The notes under the pieces are model-generated. The model did not search any database, had not been told where the DNA came from, and was given only the letters and a program-made list of their open reading frames with translations. A program made the position numbers and the translations under genes. A DNA stretch of 64,000 bases from Hyaloraphidium curvatum SAG 235-1 (taxonomy: Eukaryota > Fungi > Monoblepharomycota): positions 62,001 to 126,000 of the forward strand of contig JAIVFI010000038.1 in assembly GCA_025558095.1 (NCBI GenBank), written 5' to 3'. Numbering within the stretch: the first letter of the stretch is position 1; every line of letters starts with the position of its first letter. This document shows, one piece after another, positions 1 to 10,873 of this stretch.

Positions 1-1175
1 CGTGCTCATCTGCTCGGACAACCTCCCCCGTATCATCGACTTCGGCTCAACGCGCACGGTGGACTTCATGCGCGACGGTTTCAACGGGCTCAAGGCCGGC
101 AAGCCTCGGCCCAACATCGGGCAGACGCCGGGCTATCAGGCCCCCGAGTTCAGCTCGGCGACGATCAAAAAGTTCCCAAATGCCCCGCTCGCAAAGTACG
201 GATCGGACACATTCGGTGCGACCTTCACTGCTGGGTTCCCGGATGGTTGCTGACCGCTCGGTGTCAGCCCTCGGTCGGATGCTCTACGATCTCTACCATA
301 TGGGCGACTGGACGGGATCGTTCATGCCGTACCGCAAGGGCGACTTCACCCCCGGATCGTGGGGCAGTGGCAAAGGGCCGTGGTACGAGGGCCCGTACCC
401 GCGCTTCCCGACCCTGCCCAGGGCGCGCACCAAGGCCGTCATGGATCTCGCCAACAAGCTCGCCGCGTACAAGCTCGCCGACCGCCCCGATTCGCCCGGC
501 GAGCTGCTCGAGGCCGTGTTCACGTCGGACTACATCCTCGGCAGCGGCGCCCCCGAGTTCCAGGTCGAGGGGGCGACCCCGTTGGCCAAGGCGCAGGCTA
601 TCATCCAGCGCCTGAACGAGCAGGGGATCGAGGCCGCGACGACGGATAACCAGCTCCTGCCGGGGGAGACTTTCGCCGGGGTCCTGACTGCGTGGAAGAA
701 GGGCGGCGCCCAGCCGGTGCAGGCCGCCATGAGCCTCATCAAGGACTACCGCTGCGGGACCAAGATCAAGGTCAAGGTCGCGTTGTCCGAGACCTACAAA
801 GCCCTGTGCATCAACGGCGGCCTGGACCCGGCCACCACGCGGCTGTACTTCAAGCTCTCACCCAAGAGCAAGGCCAAGAAGGGGCGGTCCAAACTGGTGT
901 CGATCCTCGACGTGCCGGCGTGCGACTTCCTCAGGGACAAGGTGAATCGGTGGTCGCGCAACAACGAGCTGCAAGGGGGCACAGGCAAGGCCGCCCCGAC
1001 GGACATCTCGGTCACGGTCCCGGCGGGCGCCGTGTCGCCGGGGAGCTACTTCCTGTACGGGAAGATAAAGTCGTTCGAGTCGGCCAGGAAGGTCAAGGCC
1101 GCGGGGCAGGAGTACCGGTCGGGCAACGCGGAGGGATACACGAGCGAGGTGCCCGTGGTGGTCGTCGGCTGCTGA
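1..1175 (+). CDS. Protein kinase, 3' part of tandem copy A (5' end outside the window)
   Basis: Reads VLICSDNLPRIIDFG...GQTPGYQAPE...GSDTF|ALGRM. A GT-AG intron at 216-267 (branch GCTGAC) joins ORF 2..253 to ORF 180..1175. Paralogue of 1552-3876. Confidence 0.9.
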   Translation, partial: CSSARTTSPVSSTSAQRARWTSCATVSTGSRPASLGPTSGRRRAIRPPSSARRRSKSSQMPRSQSTDRTHSVRPSLLGSRMVADRSVSALGRMLYDLYHMGDWTGSFMPYRKGDFTPGSWGSGKGPWYEGPYPRFPTLPRARTKAVMDLANKLAAYKLADRPDSPGELLEAVFTSDYILGSGAPEFQVEGATPLAKAQAIIQRLNEQGIEAATTDNQLLPGETFAGVLTAWKKGGAQPVQAAMSLIKDYRCGTKIKVKVALSETYKALCINGGLDPATTRLYFKLSPKSKAKKGRSKLVSILDVPACDFLRDKVNRWSRNNELQGGTGKAAPTDISVTVPAGAVSPGSYFLYGKIKSFESARKVKAAGQEYRSGNAEGYTSEVPVVVVGC

Positions 1176-1551
1176 TGTACGCAGCCGCATGAAAAATTGG
1201 GCAGTTTTCTTGCAGCACGCATCCTTTACTACACCGACACCCCATTACGAAAACGGTCCCAGGAAACCCGGCAATCATCGATTCCGTTGAGTTCCACCTC
1301 CACCCCTGCCGCCCTCAAGGGGGCAAAAGACTCTACCAATTCTGCAGCTACCAAGCAGCTCTCTGTGTTCTGCCTGCTTTGAATGGCTATCCCTTGTGTT
1401 GCGCCATTTCCTCGTCGGTCGCCAAGCCCGGCGGCCGACGGAACGTCCCTGAAAACGACCCTGAGGACCCGCCGAACCCCCACGCCCCAGTTGGGATACA
1501 GCGAACCCACATTCGGGAGCGGCCGTGAGCACTGCCTCTTTGCGATCCGTC

Positions 1552-3876
1552 ATGCGGCTTCAGGGTCCGGGACGACCGGTCGGCGCAGCGGCGGCGCGAT
1601 GCCCGTCGCTCGCCTCCCTTCTGTTCTCCGCGCTCCTCCTCTTCGCCGCGGCCCCGGCTCGAGCGGCCGAGCGCCGGCCCTCGTCGAGCAAGCCATCGCT
1701 CGACGTGCGGCTCGCGGACCTCGCGGCGCTGCGCATCCCCGCAAACCTCGTCGACCGCACCACCATCGGCCACGACCTTGGTCCCGCCGACCTCGACTTT
1801 GGCGGCGACGCTGTGCTCGGCGCTGGCGGCTTCGGCACCGTGCGCAAGGTCACCGTAGTTCCCCTGCGCGGCAAGACGGACCGCGTGTTCGCCGCCAAAG
1901 GCGCCTTCAACATCGGCGGCGACCCGCGCGACGACTTCCTCCGGCACCTCAGGACCTTCCGCGCCGCTCATCCCGACGCTCACGAGTGGGACAACAACTT
2001 CTGGTCGCGGTTTCGGACCTACCTCTCGACGGAACAGCACCTCGCCAAAGCGGCGCAGGATCAGATGTTTGTCCAGGCCATGACCGACGGCAAAGGCACC
2101 TGGGAGGCTTCGCTCTACGAGATCGAGGCGCTGAAGGCCCTCGTCGGCGGCCCGTTTATCCTGCGATACTGGGGATCCTACGCCGGACCGCTGCCCAGGA
2201 GCGAGTCCCTGATCAGGGGCATGCAGAGGAGCATGCTGCTGATGACCGTTTGCTCGGGCGGGGACATGTCCAAGTGGAAAAATGACGGAACGGTCCTCCC
2301 GGGGAAGGATGCCAGCAAGAAGAAGAACAACGAGTACATCAAGATGCTGAAGAAGATCGAGGATGACAAGATCTTGGAGGACAACGGGCTCTATCCGGAC
2401 AACGGGCAGAGCGAGCTCGGGTCCAGGCGGTTGGTCCGCCGCAATTTCCGGAGACAGGCCGACGACGACGACGCCGCCGCGGGGGAGGACGAGGGCGGAG
2501 AGGCCGAAGGGGACGAGGCCGAACCGAACGACGGGAGCCTGGGCCCCTTCACGGACGCCAAGGCCGCCGCTATGTTTGCGCGCGTGGTGATCGGCGTCGC
2601 TTACATGCACCAGCGAGGCTTCATCCACAATGACATCAAGGTGAGGGCCCGCGTCGGGGCCGAAGCCGGGAAAGAAGGAGGCGTGCCGGCATTGACCGCC
2701 ATCGTCACAGGCCTCCAACGTCCTCATCTGCTCCGACAAACTCCCCCGCATCATCGATTTCGGCTCCACCCGCACGGTGGATTTCATGAGGGACGCCTTC
2801 GCCGGGCTCAAGGCCGGCAAGCCCCGGCCCTTTATCGGGCAAACGCCCGGGTACCAGGCCCCCGAGTTCAGCACAGCGACGATCGAGAAGTTCCCCAACG
2901 CCCCGCTCGCCAAGTACGGCTCTGATACCTACGGTGCGTCATTTTTCGCCGTGGGGTCTGGTCGGAAAGCGGCTAACTGCTCGTGGCAGCGCTCGGACGC
3001 ATGCTCTACGACCTCTACTACATGGGCGACTGGTCGGGATCCTTTCCCCCGAACCGCAAGGGCGACTTCACAAGGGCAACATACGGGTCCGGCAAAGGCC
3101 CCTGGTACGAGGGTCCCTACCCGCGCTTCCCGACCCTCCCCAGGGCGCGCACCAAGGCCGTCATGGATCTCGCCAACAAGCTCGCCGCGTACAAGCTCGC
3201 CGACCGCCCCGATTCTCCCGGCGAGCTTCTCGCGGCCGTGTTCACGTCGGACTACATCCTCGGCAGCGGCGCCCCCGAGTTCCAGGTCGAGGGGGCGACC
3301 CCGTTGGCCAAGGCGCAGGCTATCATCCAGCGTCTGAACGAGCAGGGGATCGAGGCGGCGACGACCGACAACCAGCTGCTGCCCGGGGAGTCGTTCGCGG
3401 GGGTGCTCACGGCGTGGAAGAAGGGCAGCGCGCAGCCTGCGCAGCCGGCCATGAGCCTCATCAAGGAGTACCGTTGCGGCACCAAGATCAAGGTCAAGGT
3501 TTCGTTATCGGAGCGCTACAGGGCGTTGTGCGCCGAAGGTGGCCTTAACCCGGCTGCGTCGCGGCTATACTTCAAGCTCTCCCCCAAGAGCAAGGCCAAG
3601 TCCGGGAGGTCGAAGCTGGTGTCGATCTTTGACGTGCCGGCGTGCGACTTCCTCAGGGACAAGGCGGCCAAAAGCGCGCTGACGGGTAAGCTCGCGCCCA
3701 CGGACATCTCGATCACGGTCCCGCCGCGCGCGGTGCCGCCGGGGAGCTACTTCCTGTACGGCAAGATCAAGTCTTTCGGCTCGGCCCAGAAGGTCAAGGC
3801 GGCGGGGCAGGAGAGCAGGACGGGCAATGTGGAGGGCTACACGAGCGAAGTGCCGTTGGTGGTCGTCGGGTGCTGA
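1552..3876 (+). CDS. Signal-peptide-bearing Ser/Thr-type protein kinase, tandem copy B
   Basis: N-terminal hydrophobic stretch SLASLLFSALLLFAAAPARA; motifs LGAGGFGTV, VFAAK, HNDIK|ASN, DFG, GYQAPE, GSDTY|ALG. Introns 2641-2710 and 2934-2989. Confidence 0.9.
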
Positions 3877-4314
3877 TCTGCCAATCTGCCCAGCCAAAAA
3901 TGTACAGGTGCAGGTCCGGCAACCTTATACCTAGTACAGCGCTGACCCGTATTGGAACACGGTCCAACCGGGTCCCCTCCAATCATCGACCTCGCGGACC
4001 TCCACCGGTATGCTCAGTGCCTTCAGGGGAGCGAGCAGCTCCGCACCGCGCGCGATGTAGTCTCTCCTCTCGTGGTCGGAAATGTACGTAACGCAGACGC
4101 GCACGGAGAGCGGGTTCGACCGCGCGACGGCCGCGAGGGCCCCGGCGAAGCGTTCGCCGGACGCATGACGTGGTTCCAGACGAAGAGCCTCTTGAGCCCG
4201 GGTGGGAGGTGCACCATGCTTCCAATGTTGGGGTCGGGTGATCGGCGTTGCGTGTCCTTGCGACTCCGCACCCAACTCCGGCCCGCATCGCGGTCGGAGA
4301 GCGCGAATTCCGTG

Positions 4315-7156
4315 ATGTCGGAAGGGCTGCCGACGTACTCGCCGGCTTTGCCGCCGCGGAGCACCCCGCCGGCCGTGCCGCAACGGACAACGTCGGCCGT
4401 CGGCCGCGCCGCCGCACCCCCGCAGCCCGCGTCGCCGGCAACGCTGGTCGCCCCGCAGGCGCCGCCCGTGCCGCGGTACCCCGCTCCAGACGCGCCCCGG
4501 TCCTCGGGCCTCCGGACCGGGCCCTCCTGGCGCGTCCCCAAGCCGCCCGCAACCCCCGCCCCGCAGCCGGTCGGCAACGCGGCAATCTCGCCGTCGTTCG
4601 ACTACAATGCCCCTGCTCAGCAGACTTTCAGCCTGAAGGACCTGCCGACGCCGATCGGGCGGCCGCTCAACGCCGTTCTGTCGATCCCGAACGCGTTCCT
4701 GCAGCCCATCGTGACGCAGGGCCAGTCGCTGTACTTGAGCCACCTGCGGCGCCGCGGTGTGGGCGAGGTTGCCCGGGAGCAAGGGCTGGCGCCCTACTTC
4801 CCCGTGCTCATCGTGCCGGGGTTCATGAGCAGCGGGCTCAAGATCGTCGAGAGCACGATGAGGCCGGACTGGGTCGGCGAGCGCGCGTGGCTGTCGATCC
4901 AGAAGCTCGGCTTTGGCGGAGTTGCGGCACGGAACGAAGAGGGTGAGTGTCGTTTCGGGGGTACATGGCTCAACTTCCACCTGACTTCCCTCCATCGAAC
5001 CAGTCCTCCGCGAGTTCAACCAGCGCGCCCCTTCCCCGTCGGCCTCGACGCCGACATCCTCGCTCGCCCCGCCGAGCCCCATCCGCACTTCCACCCCTTC
5101 AACAGCGACGCCCCCGAACCTTCCCCGGCGCCCGTCGTCGGCTTCCACCTCGTCCGCCTCGGTAGCCGACGACGACGACGACGAACCGCCCTCGTACGAC
5201 GACATTGACGCCGCCTCGGTGGCCAATCTCGGCCCCGCCGCCGCCGGCGAATCGCAAACGCAGCGCGCGTGGCTCGCCCACGTCACCCTGGGCCACGACG
5301 CGCGCGAGGATCCCCAGCACTGCATGGTGCGCCCCCTCGCCGGGCTCGAGGGCGTCGACTTTCTCCAGCCGGGCGCGCTTCTCGAGCTCGGCACGTACGT
5401 GTTCGGCCCGCTGATCAAGCAGCTCGTGGACGTCGGGTACAGGCCGGGGTTCAACCTCGAGGCCGCGCCGTACGACTGGCGGCTGTGCCCGCCGGACCTG
5501 GAGGACCGCGACGGGTACTTTTCCCGCCTGGCACGGACCGTCGAGCGGCTCTGTGCGACGGGCAACAACGTCCCCGTGGTGCTCCTCGCGCACTCGATGG
5601 GGTGCCGCATCGCGCATTACTTTTCCGAATGGGCGCACGAGCGCCTCGGGGACGCGTGGTGCGCGCGCTTCATCCATTCGGTGGTGGCCGTCGGCGGCCC
5701 CTGGCTCGGCGCGCAGAAGAGCGGCCGCGGGTCGGTGACGGGCGACTCGATGGGCGTGCCCTTCCTCAAGCCGGACGAGTGCATCTGGTACTCGCGCCGG
5801 CTGGGCAGCCCGCCGCTGCTGTTCCCCGTCGGGCCGAGGTTCTGGAGCTTCCTCGCCCCGGCTTTCGCCTCGGCGCGGCCGCCGGCGCAGGAGGACGTGA
5901 CCTTCTGCTTCGTCAAGCAGGAATCCTACCTCGTCCTGACCGTCTGCTCCGTCGCCGTTGCGCCGACCGCCTACACGGCGTCGGCGGACGGCCGCACCCC
6001 GCACTACATCCAGCTGGAATGGCGCGGCCGCAAGGTCAGGTCGGAATCCAACCCCTTCTTCTCCCTCGCCGCGCGCACGCTCGAGTGGACCTCCCCGCAG
6101 CGCTTCCAGCTCCCCACCGAGCACCCCGGCAAGCTCGTCGCTGGCCACCCCTCGAGCATCCTCAAGATCTCCCTGATGCTCGACGTGCCGGGGCTGGACC
6201 CCGTCGTCGCGCTCGCGGAGCTGGACCTCGGCGCGCGGTTCGCCTCCTCCGCCGGCGCAGCGGGGGCGGGCGAGGACCTCCGCCTGCTCGAGGAATGGGA
6301 CGGCGTGCCCCTCCTCGCCAGGGACCTCCCTGCCCCCTCCGCGCACCTCTCCGCCACGGTCTCGCTCCGCACCTCGATGCCCGCCGCCGCCCCCGTGCCG
6401 GGGTGGAACCCCTCCCGGCCGGGGGAAGCGTACGCGCCCGCCGCGGTCAGGGAGATGCTGCTGGAGGACGGCGCGATGGCGCTGCTGAATCTGTGGGAGG
6501 GGGTGTACGCGGAGGATCCGCGGGCGGCGAGGTCGCTGCAGGGGTTGCCGCCGAGGGGTATCAAGGCGTGGCACAGTGGGTTTCCGGACGCTGCGCTCGG
6601 TCGGCGGGTTACTGACCCGCCGCAAACCAGTCGTCTACTCGACGGGCCGCAGGACCGAGGTCGGCTTCTGCGTGCGCAGGCGGTTCTGCAGGGTCACCAA
6701 AGGGCCGGACGGCGGCCCGTGGAACCAGTTCAAGCTCGACAAGGGACCGCGCACGGTGCCGGGGACCAACGGGAAGCTGGTCTGCGAGAACGGGATCGTG
6801 TACGAGGTGGGCTGCAGCGCCGGCTCGCCCTTTGCCCGCGATGGCTTACCCACCTCCCCGTGTTTCAGACCCCCGCGACACCGCAGCCCTCCCTCGACCC
6901 GACCAAACCCGCCGCCACCTCCGGCGACGGCACCGTCCCGTACATCTCCCTCATCCACCCCTTCACCTGGCGCGCCGCGGACCCCTCGATGGCCGTGTCG
7001 TCGCACCTGGTGCCCGGGGCGGAGCACCGCGCGATCCTGGCGGACGAGGGGTTCCAGCGGCACGTGCTGGACTACGTGTGCGCGAGGCCCAAGAAGGGGC
7101 TGAGGGAGGTGAAGCCGATCAGCACGAGGGAGAAGGTGGAGAGGTGGTTCAAGTAG
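4315..7156 (+). CDS. LCAT/PDAT-family acyltransferase or phospholipase with a Pro-rich N-terminus and an internal C2-like insert
   Basis: PVLIVPGFMSSGL, AAPYDWRL, nucleophile motif AHSMG, GGPWLGA, GDGTVP, AEHRAIL. Introns 4943-5003, 6576-6630 and 6807-6868 restore one reading frame. Confidence 0.9.
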
Positions 7157-7365
7157 CGGAGAGGCCTTACGGGGAACGGACGTGGACTCGGACGTGGACG
7201 AATGAATGGACGATGAACGCACAAGTATCCCCCAGTTCTTCTCTATACTTTTCGATGGCTTTTTGGCTACAACCAAACTGCTCTTTTTTCCAGTCTTTGG
7301 TTGCCGATGACGTGGTCGCGGCGCGTCAAGCGCTTCGCTTCAAATGTCAAGATTGCGCCCCGCAA

Positions 7366-8031
7366 TCAGTGTCCGGCGTGCTCCATCCACCCGAACGCAG
7401 GCGGGAACGGCGGCAGCGGCATCCCCGCCCCCGGGAACCCGAACCCGTGCCCGTGGTGGTGGCCGTGCCCGTGCCCAAAGTGCCCGAACGCCGGCGGGCC
7501 GTGGTGGTGCCCGCGGCCCCCGTGCCCTCCCCCCCTGCCGCCGTGCCCGTGCCTCCCCCTCCCGTGCTTCCCGCCCCATTGCGGCGGCGGGGGCATCGGG
7601 GGCACGGGCCCGCCGAGCATGGCGACGATCTCGGCGACCAGCGCGGGGTCGGCGCCCGAGGCGGCCAAGAAGGGGCATCCGTGCATGCCGGGGCCGCGGC
7701 GGTGGAAGTGGCGGTGCTTGCGGTGCTTCTTCCCGCGGCGGGAGGAGCCGGAGGAGCTTGATGACGAGGAGCTGGAGCTGCCGCTCGAGGAAGAGTCGGA
7801 GCCCGACTCCGAGTCGGACGATTCCGACGACGAGGAGGAGGAGCTATCGGCCTTGCGGTGGGCGCGGCGGCCCTTGCCCTTGCGGTGGCGGCGGTCGCGC
7901 TTCCCCCTCGCGGGCTCGGCGGCCTCGACGTGCTGCTGCGCGGCCTGGTTGTCGGCGGCGGGCATCGGCTCGTCGGCCTCGCCGTGCACCGCCTCCTTCT
8001 CCTTCTGCTGCGTGTTCTCGATGAGAGCCAT
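7366..8031 (-). CDS. Low-complexity Ser/His/Gly/Pro-rich protein (221 aa)
   Basis: Intronless ORF with strong GC3 codon bias and an upstream TATA box; contains a poly-Ser tract and an HHHG/HGHG-rich C-terminus. Confidence 0.7.
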   Translation of the reverse strand: MALIENTQQKEKEAVHGEADEPMPAADNQAAQQHVEAAEPARGKRDRRHRKGKGRRAHRKADSSSSSSSESSDSESGSDSSSSGSSSSSSSSSSGSSRRGKKHRKHRHFHRRGPGMHGCPFLAASGADPALVAEIVAMLGGPVPPMPPPPQWGGKHGRGRHGHGGRGGGHGGRGHHHGPPAFGHFGHGHGHHHGHGFGFPGAGMPLPPFPPAFGWMEHAGH

Positions 8032-8066
8032 TGCGTTGTCTGCGGATGCCGGAGGTTCCCCCGGGG

Positions 8067-8074
8067 TTTATATA
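8067..8074 (-). promoter_or_regulatory. TATA box (TATATAAA) of the His/Ser-rich gene
   Basis: TATATAAA on the minus strand about 36 nt upstream of the ATG at 8031, in an otherwise very GC-rich context. Confidence 0.6.
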
Positions 8075-8481
8075 CCCGCGCGGGGGCGCTTGCGCAACCT
8101 GCTGCGCGCGCGCAGCACCTGGCTTAGCCCGCCGGACCCTCCAGACCAATCACGATCACGTGCCGGCGGTCCGGCGGGGGCCGGGCCAGATCAATAGATC
8201 GGTGCCGCGGCGGTGCTAAGCGTACAGCGCGGTGCGGGAGGTTGGTCTGGAGGGCGATGGGCGGGTTGGGTGGCCGGGCGGGCTTCCGGGCGACGGGATC
8301 GGTCGGCCGTGCATGCGGTGTGTCCGGACCCAGCTTACCGCCGTGCGCGGGGGTTCGAGGCCGCGTGTCCCCCTTGCCCGATGTGCCTTTTCCCGAAGAT
8401 CGGCTCGGGGCGAGGGAGGGTCGATCGGGCGGGTGTGTGCGGGCGGTTGGCGGGCCGATTTGCGGGAGCCCTTCGTCGCTA

Positions 8482-9543
8482 ATGGCCCCGGCCCGCCGCG
8501 CGCGCGCACTGGCCGCCGTGCCCCTGGCGCTGTCGATCGCGGTGCTGCTGTCGCCGGCGGAGTTTGACGGCGGGGGCGACGCGGGCGGCGGCGCGTGGGT
8601 GCCGGCGGCGGGGCCGCCGCCGTACCCGCTGGACTGCCCGTTCCTCACCGATTACGACCGCTGCGGGGCGGAGCGCACCGCGGAGATCAACCGCTGGCGG
8701 TGGCGCGGCCACGGGGACCTGGCGGGGCTGCCCGACGGCGTGTCGCCCGCCGACGTCCTCCGGAAGTGCCTGTCTGGCCGGACACTCGCGCTCACGGGCG
8801 ACTCCATCTCTCGCCAGGCGTGGCATTCCCTGCAGTGCCTGCTCTGGGCGTCCGGCGTGGAAGTGGAGGCGGACAAGGCGACCGCCGGCCTCGCCGTGGA
8901 GCTGTGGCATCTCCGCGCCGGCCCCGGCCCGCCGGCGCGGGTCGCCGCGGCCATCGGCAACGTCTACCTCGCCGAGCACACCGGCACCAGACCCCACAAC
9001 GCCACCGTGCTCCCGCTGCCCTCCCCCGCCACCCGCCGCGTGCTCGCCCTGCGCCCGGACATCGCCGTGCTCTCGGCCGGCAACCACTTCGACCAGACCG
9101 CGCAGCGCAACCCCGCACAGGACTGGCGGGCCGCCACGGACGCCGCGCTGGACGCCGTCGTGCTCGCTGCCCGCTCGTCCCCGGGCACCCGCTACATATG
9201 GCGCACGGTGCCGGTGCGCCACTTCCGCACCCTGCACCTCGCCCGCAACGGCTCCCTGTCCGGCGTGTGCGACGCCTCCCCCTCCCCCTTCCCGCATGCC
9301 AAACCGTCGGACTACGTGCACGGCCCCGCGACGGCGGCCCAAAACGCCATGGCGCGCGCGCGCCTCCGACCCGCGGGGTTCGAGATAATGGACGCCGCGG
9401 AGATCTCGATGCCCAGGGGCGCTGCGCACAGGCAGGGCGGGGACTGCTCGCACTATTGTTTGCCGGGGGTGCCGGACGCGTGGGCGGGGGTGCTGCTGCG
9501 GATGGTGTGGGACCGGTGCGGGGAGGGCACCGCTCCGGATTGA
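8482..9543 (+). CDS. TBL/PC-esterase (trichome-birefringence-like) polysaccharide O-acetyltransferase
   Basis: N-terminal membrane anchor; TGDSISRQAWHSLQCLL (GDS motif) and DCSHYCLPGVPDAW (DxxH motif), close to the plant TBL consensus DCxHWCLPGVPDxW. Intronless. Confidence 0.88.
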   Translation: MAPARRARALAAVPLALSIAVLLSPAEFDGGGDAGGGAWVPAAGPPPYPLDCPFLTDYDRCGAERTAEINRWRWRGHGDLAGLPDGVSPADVLRKCLSGRTLALTGDSISRQAWHSLQCLLWASGVEVEADKATAGLAVELWHLRAGPGPPARVAAAIGNVYLAEHTGTRPHNATVLPLPSPATRRVLALRPDIAVLSAGNHFDQTAQRNPAQDWRAATDAALDAVVLAARSSPGTRYIWRTVPVRHFRTLHLARNGSLSGVCDASPSPFPHAKPSDYVHGPATAAQNAMARARLRPAGFEIMDAAEISMPRGAAHRQGGDCSHYCLPGVPDAWAGVLLRMVWDRCGEGTAPD

Positions 9544-9845
9544 CCGGTACCGGCGGGCTCCCGGTCACGCGCGCCTTGCCGGTGCAACAGACGCGGATGG
9601 AAAACTTTCCGTGCCGGTCCTTCCGTGTGTCCCGGATCCGCGATCGGTGATTGGACCACAGGGTTCGACGGGCTTGGCGACCGCCGCCCCCGCCGCCCTC
9701 TGGTGCGGAGATATTCGCACGCGCGCACCGATGCTCCGAGCGAGCACGGAACTGTTGCCAAGAACATCTATAGACACCCGCACTGCCGCGGAAATCCCCG
9801 CTGGGAGCCCAAACCCCGCCGCCCCGCCCGCCCTCGCCCGACGGC

Positions 9846-10873
9846 TCAGATCTTCGCCTTGTCCCCCTCCTTCTTCGCCGCCGGCGGGATCCCCGGCACC
9901 ACCGCCTCGAGCCGCTTGGGATCCCTCGCCTTCCGCCCCTCGGTCATTTCCTCCAGCTGCGCGAACGTGTAACCCCCCAGCTCCTCCAGCGTCTTCTGCT
10001 GCGGCATGATCAGGCTGATCTCCTTCTTCTTGGCCAGCCTGAGGGCTTCTTGAGGTGTATACCAGTGGACGCCCACGACCTCAAAGTTGTCGGCGGACAA
10101 TCCGCGCGGCTGGCTCCACGTCGCGAGGAAGAACCGGGTGTCGAACCTCTTGGGCACGCTCTCGGGGGTGATCCACCTCGACCACGGCACCACCCTCCGC
10201 AGCGCCGGCGCCACCCCCGCCCCCTTGCAAAACTCCAAAAACTCGAGCGGTTTCTTTGTGATCCTGTCCCTCGCGGCCTTGAGCCCGTCCCGGAGCGACG
10301 CCAGCTCCGCTCCCGAGAGCCCGGCCGACGCCCGGCGGGGCTCCACGAGGAGCGTGCCGGTCTCCTCGAACGCCTCGCGGACGGCGGCGACGGCGTAGGT
10401 CAGGGAGTGCGAGTCGGGGAGCGGGCGGGCGAGCTGCGCCGCGTGCGGGGGGGTGCGGAGGAAGGAGAGCCAGTCGGGGTGGCCGTCGGCGGGGGGGTCG
10501 ACCTTGCCCCCTGCGACGTCCCGAGCGGGGAGAGTCAGGCATCGTCTGCGGGGCAGCGAGGGCGGGAAGTACCCGGAAACACGCTCAGGCTGCCGAAGAA
10601 CCCGTGGCTCGACCGCGTGATCATGAGCACGCGGAAGTCGGCGTCCCCCGGGACCCGCTCGGCCTCCGGGACGGGTGCGGCGACGATGAGCGTGGCGGCG
10701 GGCACGGGGACGGCGACCTGCTTGGGTTTGTACCCGTCGACGACTGGCGTTGTGGGTTGGAGGGTGGGTGGGAGGCAGGTCAGGAACGGAGGGGCGAGGG
10801 GGACGGGCGGCGCACCGGGGTCGGACCACTTTTTCCGCTCGCCGGAGTTGTTCGCGTCGTCGCTGGGCGCCAT
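9846..10873 (-). CDS. NUDT19-like Nudix hydrolase (acyl-CoA diphosphatase-like), probably peroxisomal
   Basis: PAATLIV, VFPG|GKVD, AAVREAFEETG, WSRWITPE...KRFDTRFF. Introns 10744-10815 and 10511-10572. C-terminal AKI is PTS1-like. Confidence 0.88.

Noticed and set aside
1387-2913. Long antisense ORFs here and at 3931-5610, 5099-6625, 11736-13430, 19730-21184, 36986-38713 and 44003-46057
   Set aside because: These are shadow frames of GC3-biased genes on the other strand, with Arg/Gly/Pro-rich translations and no family motifs.
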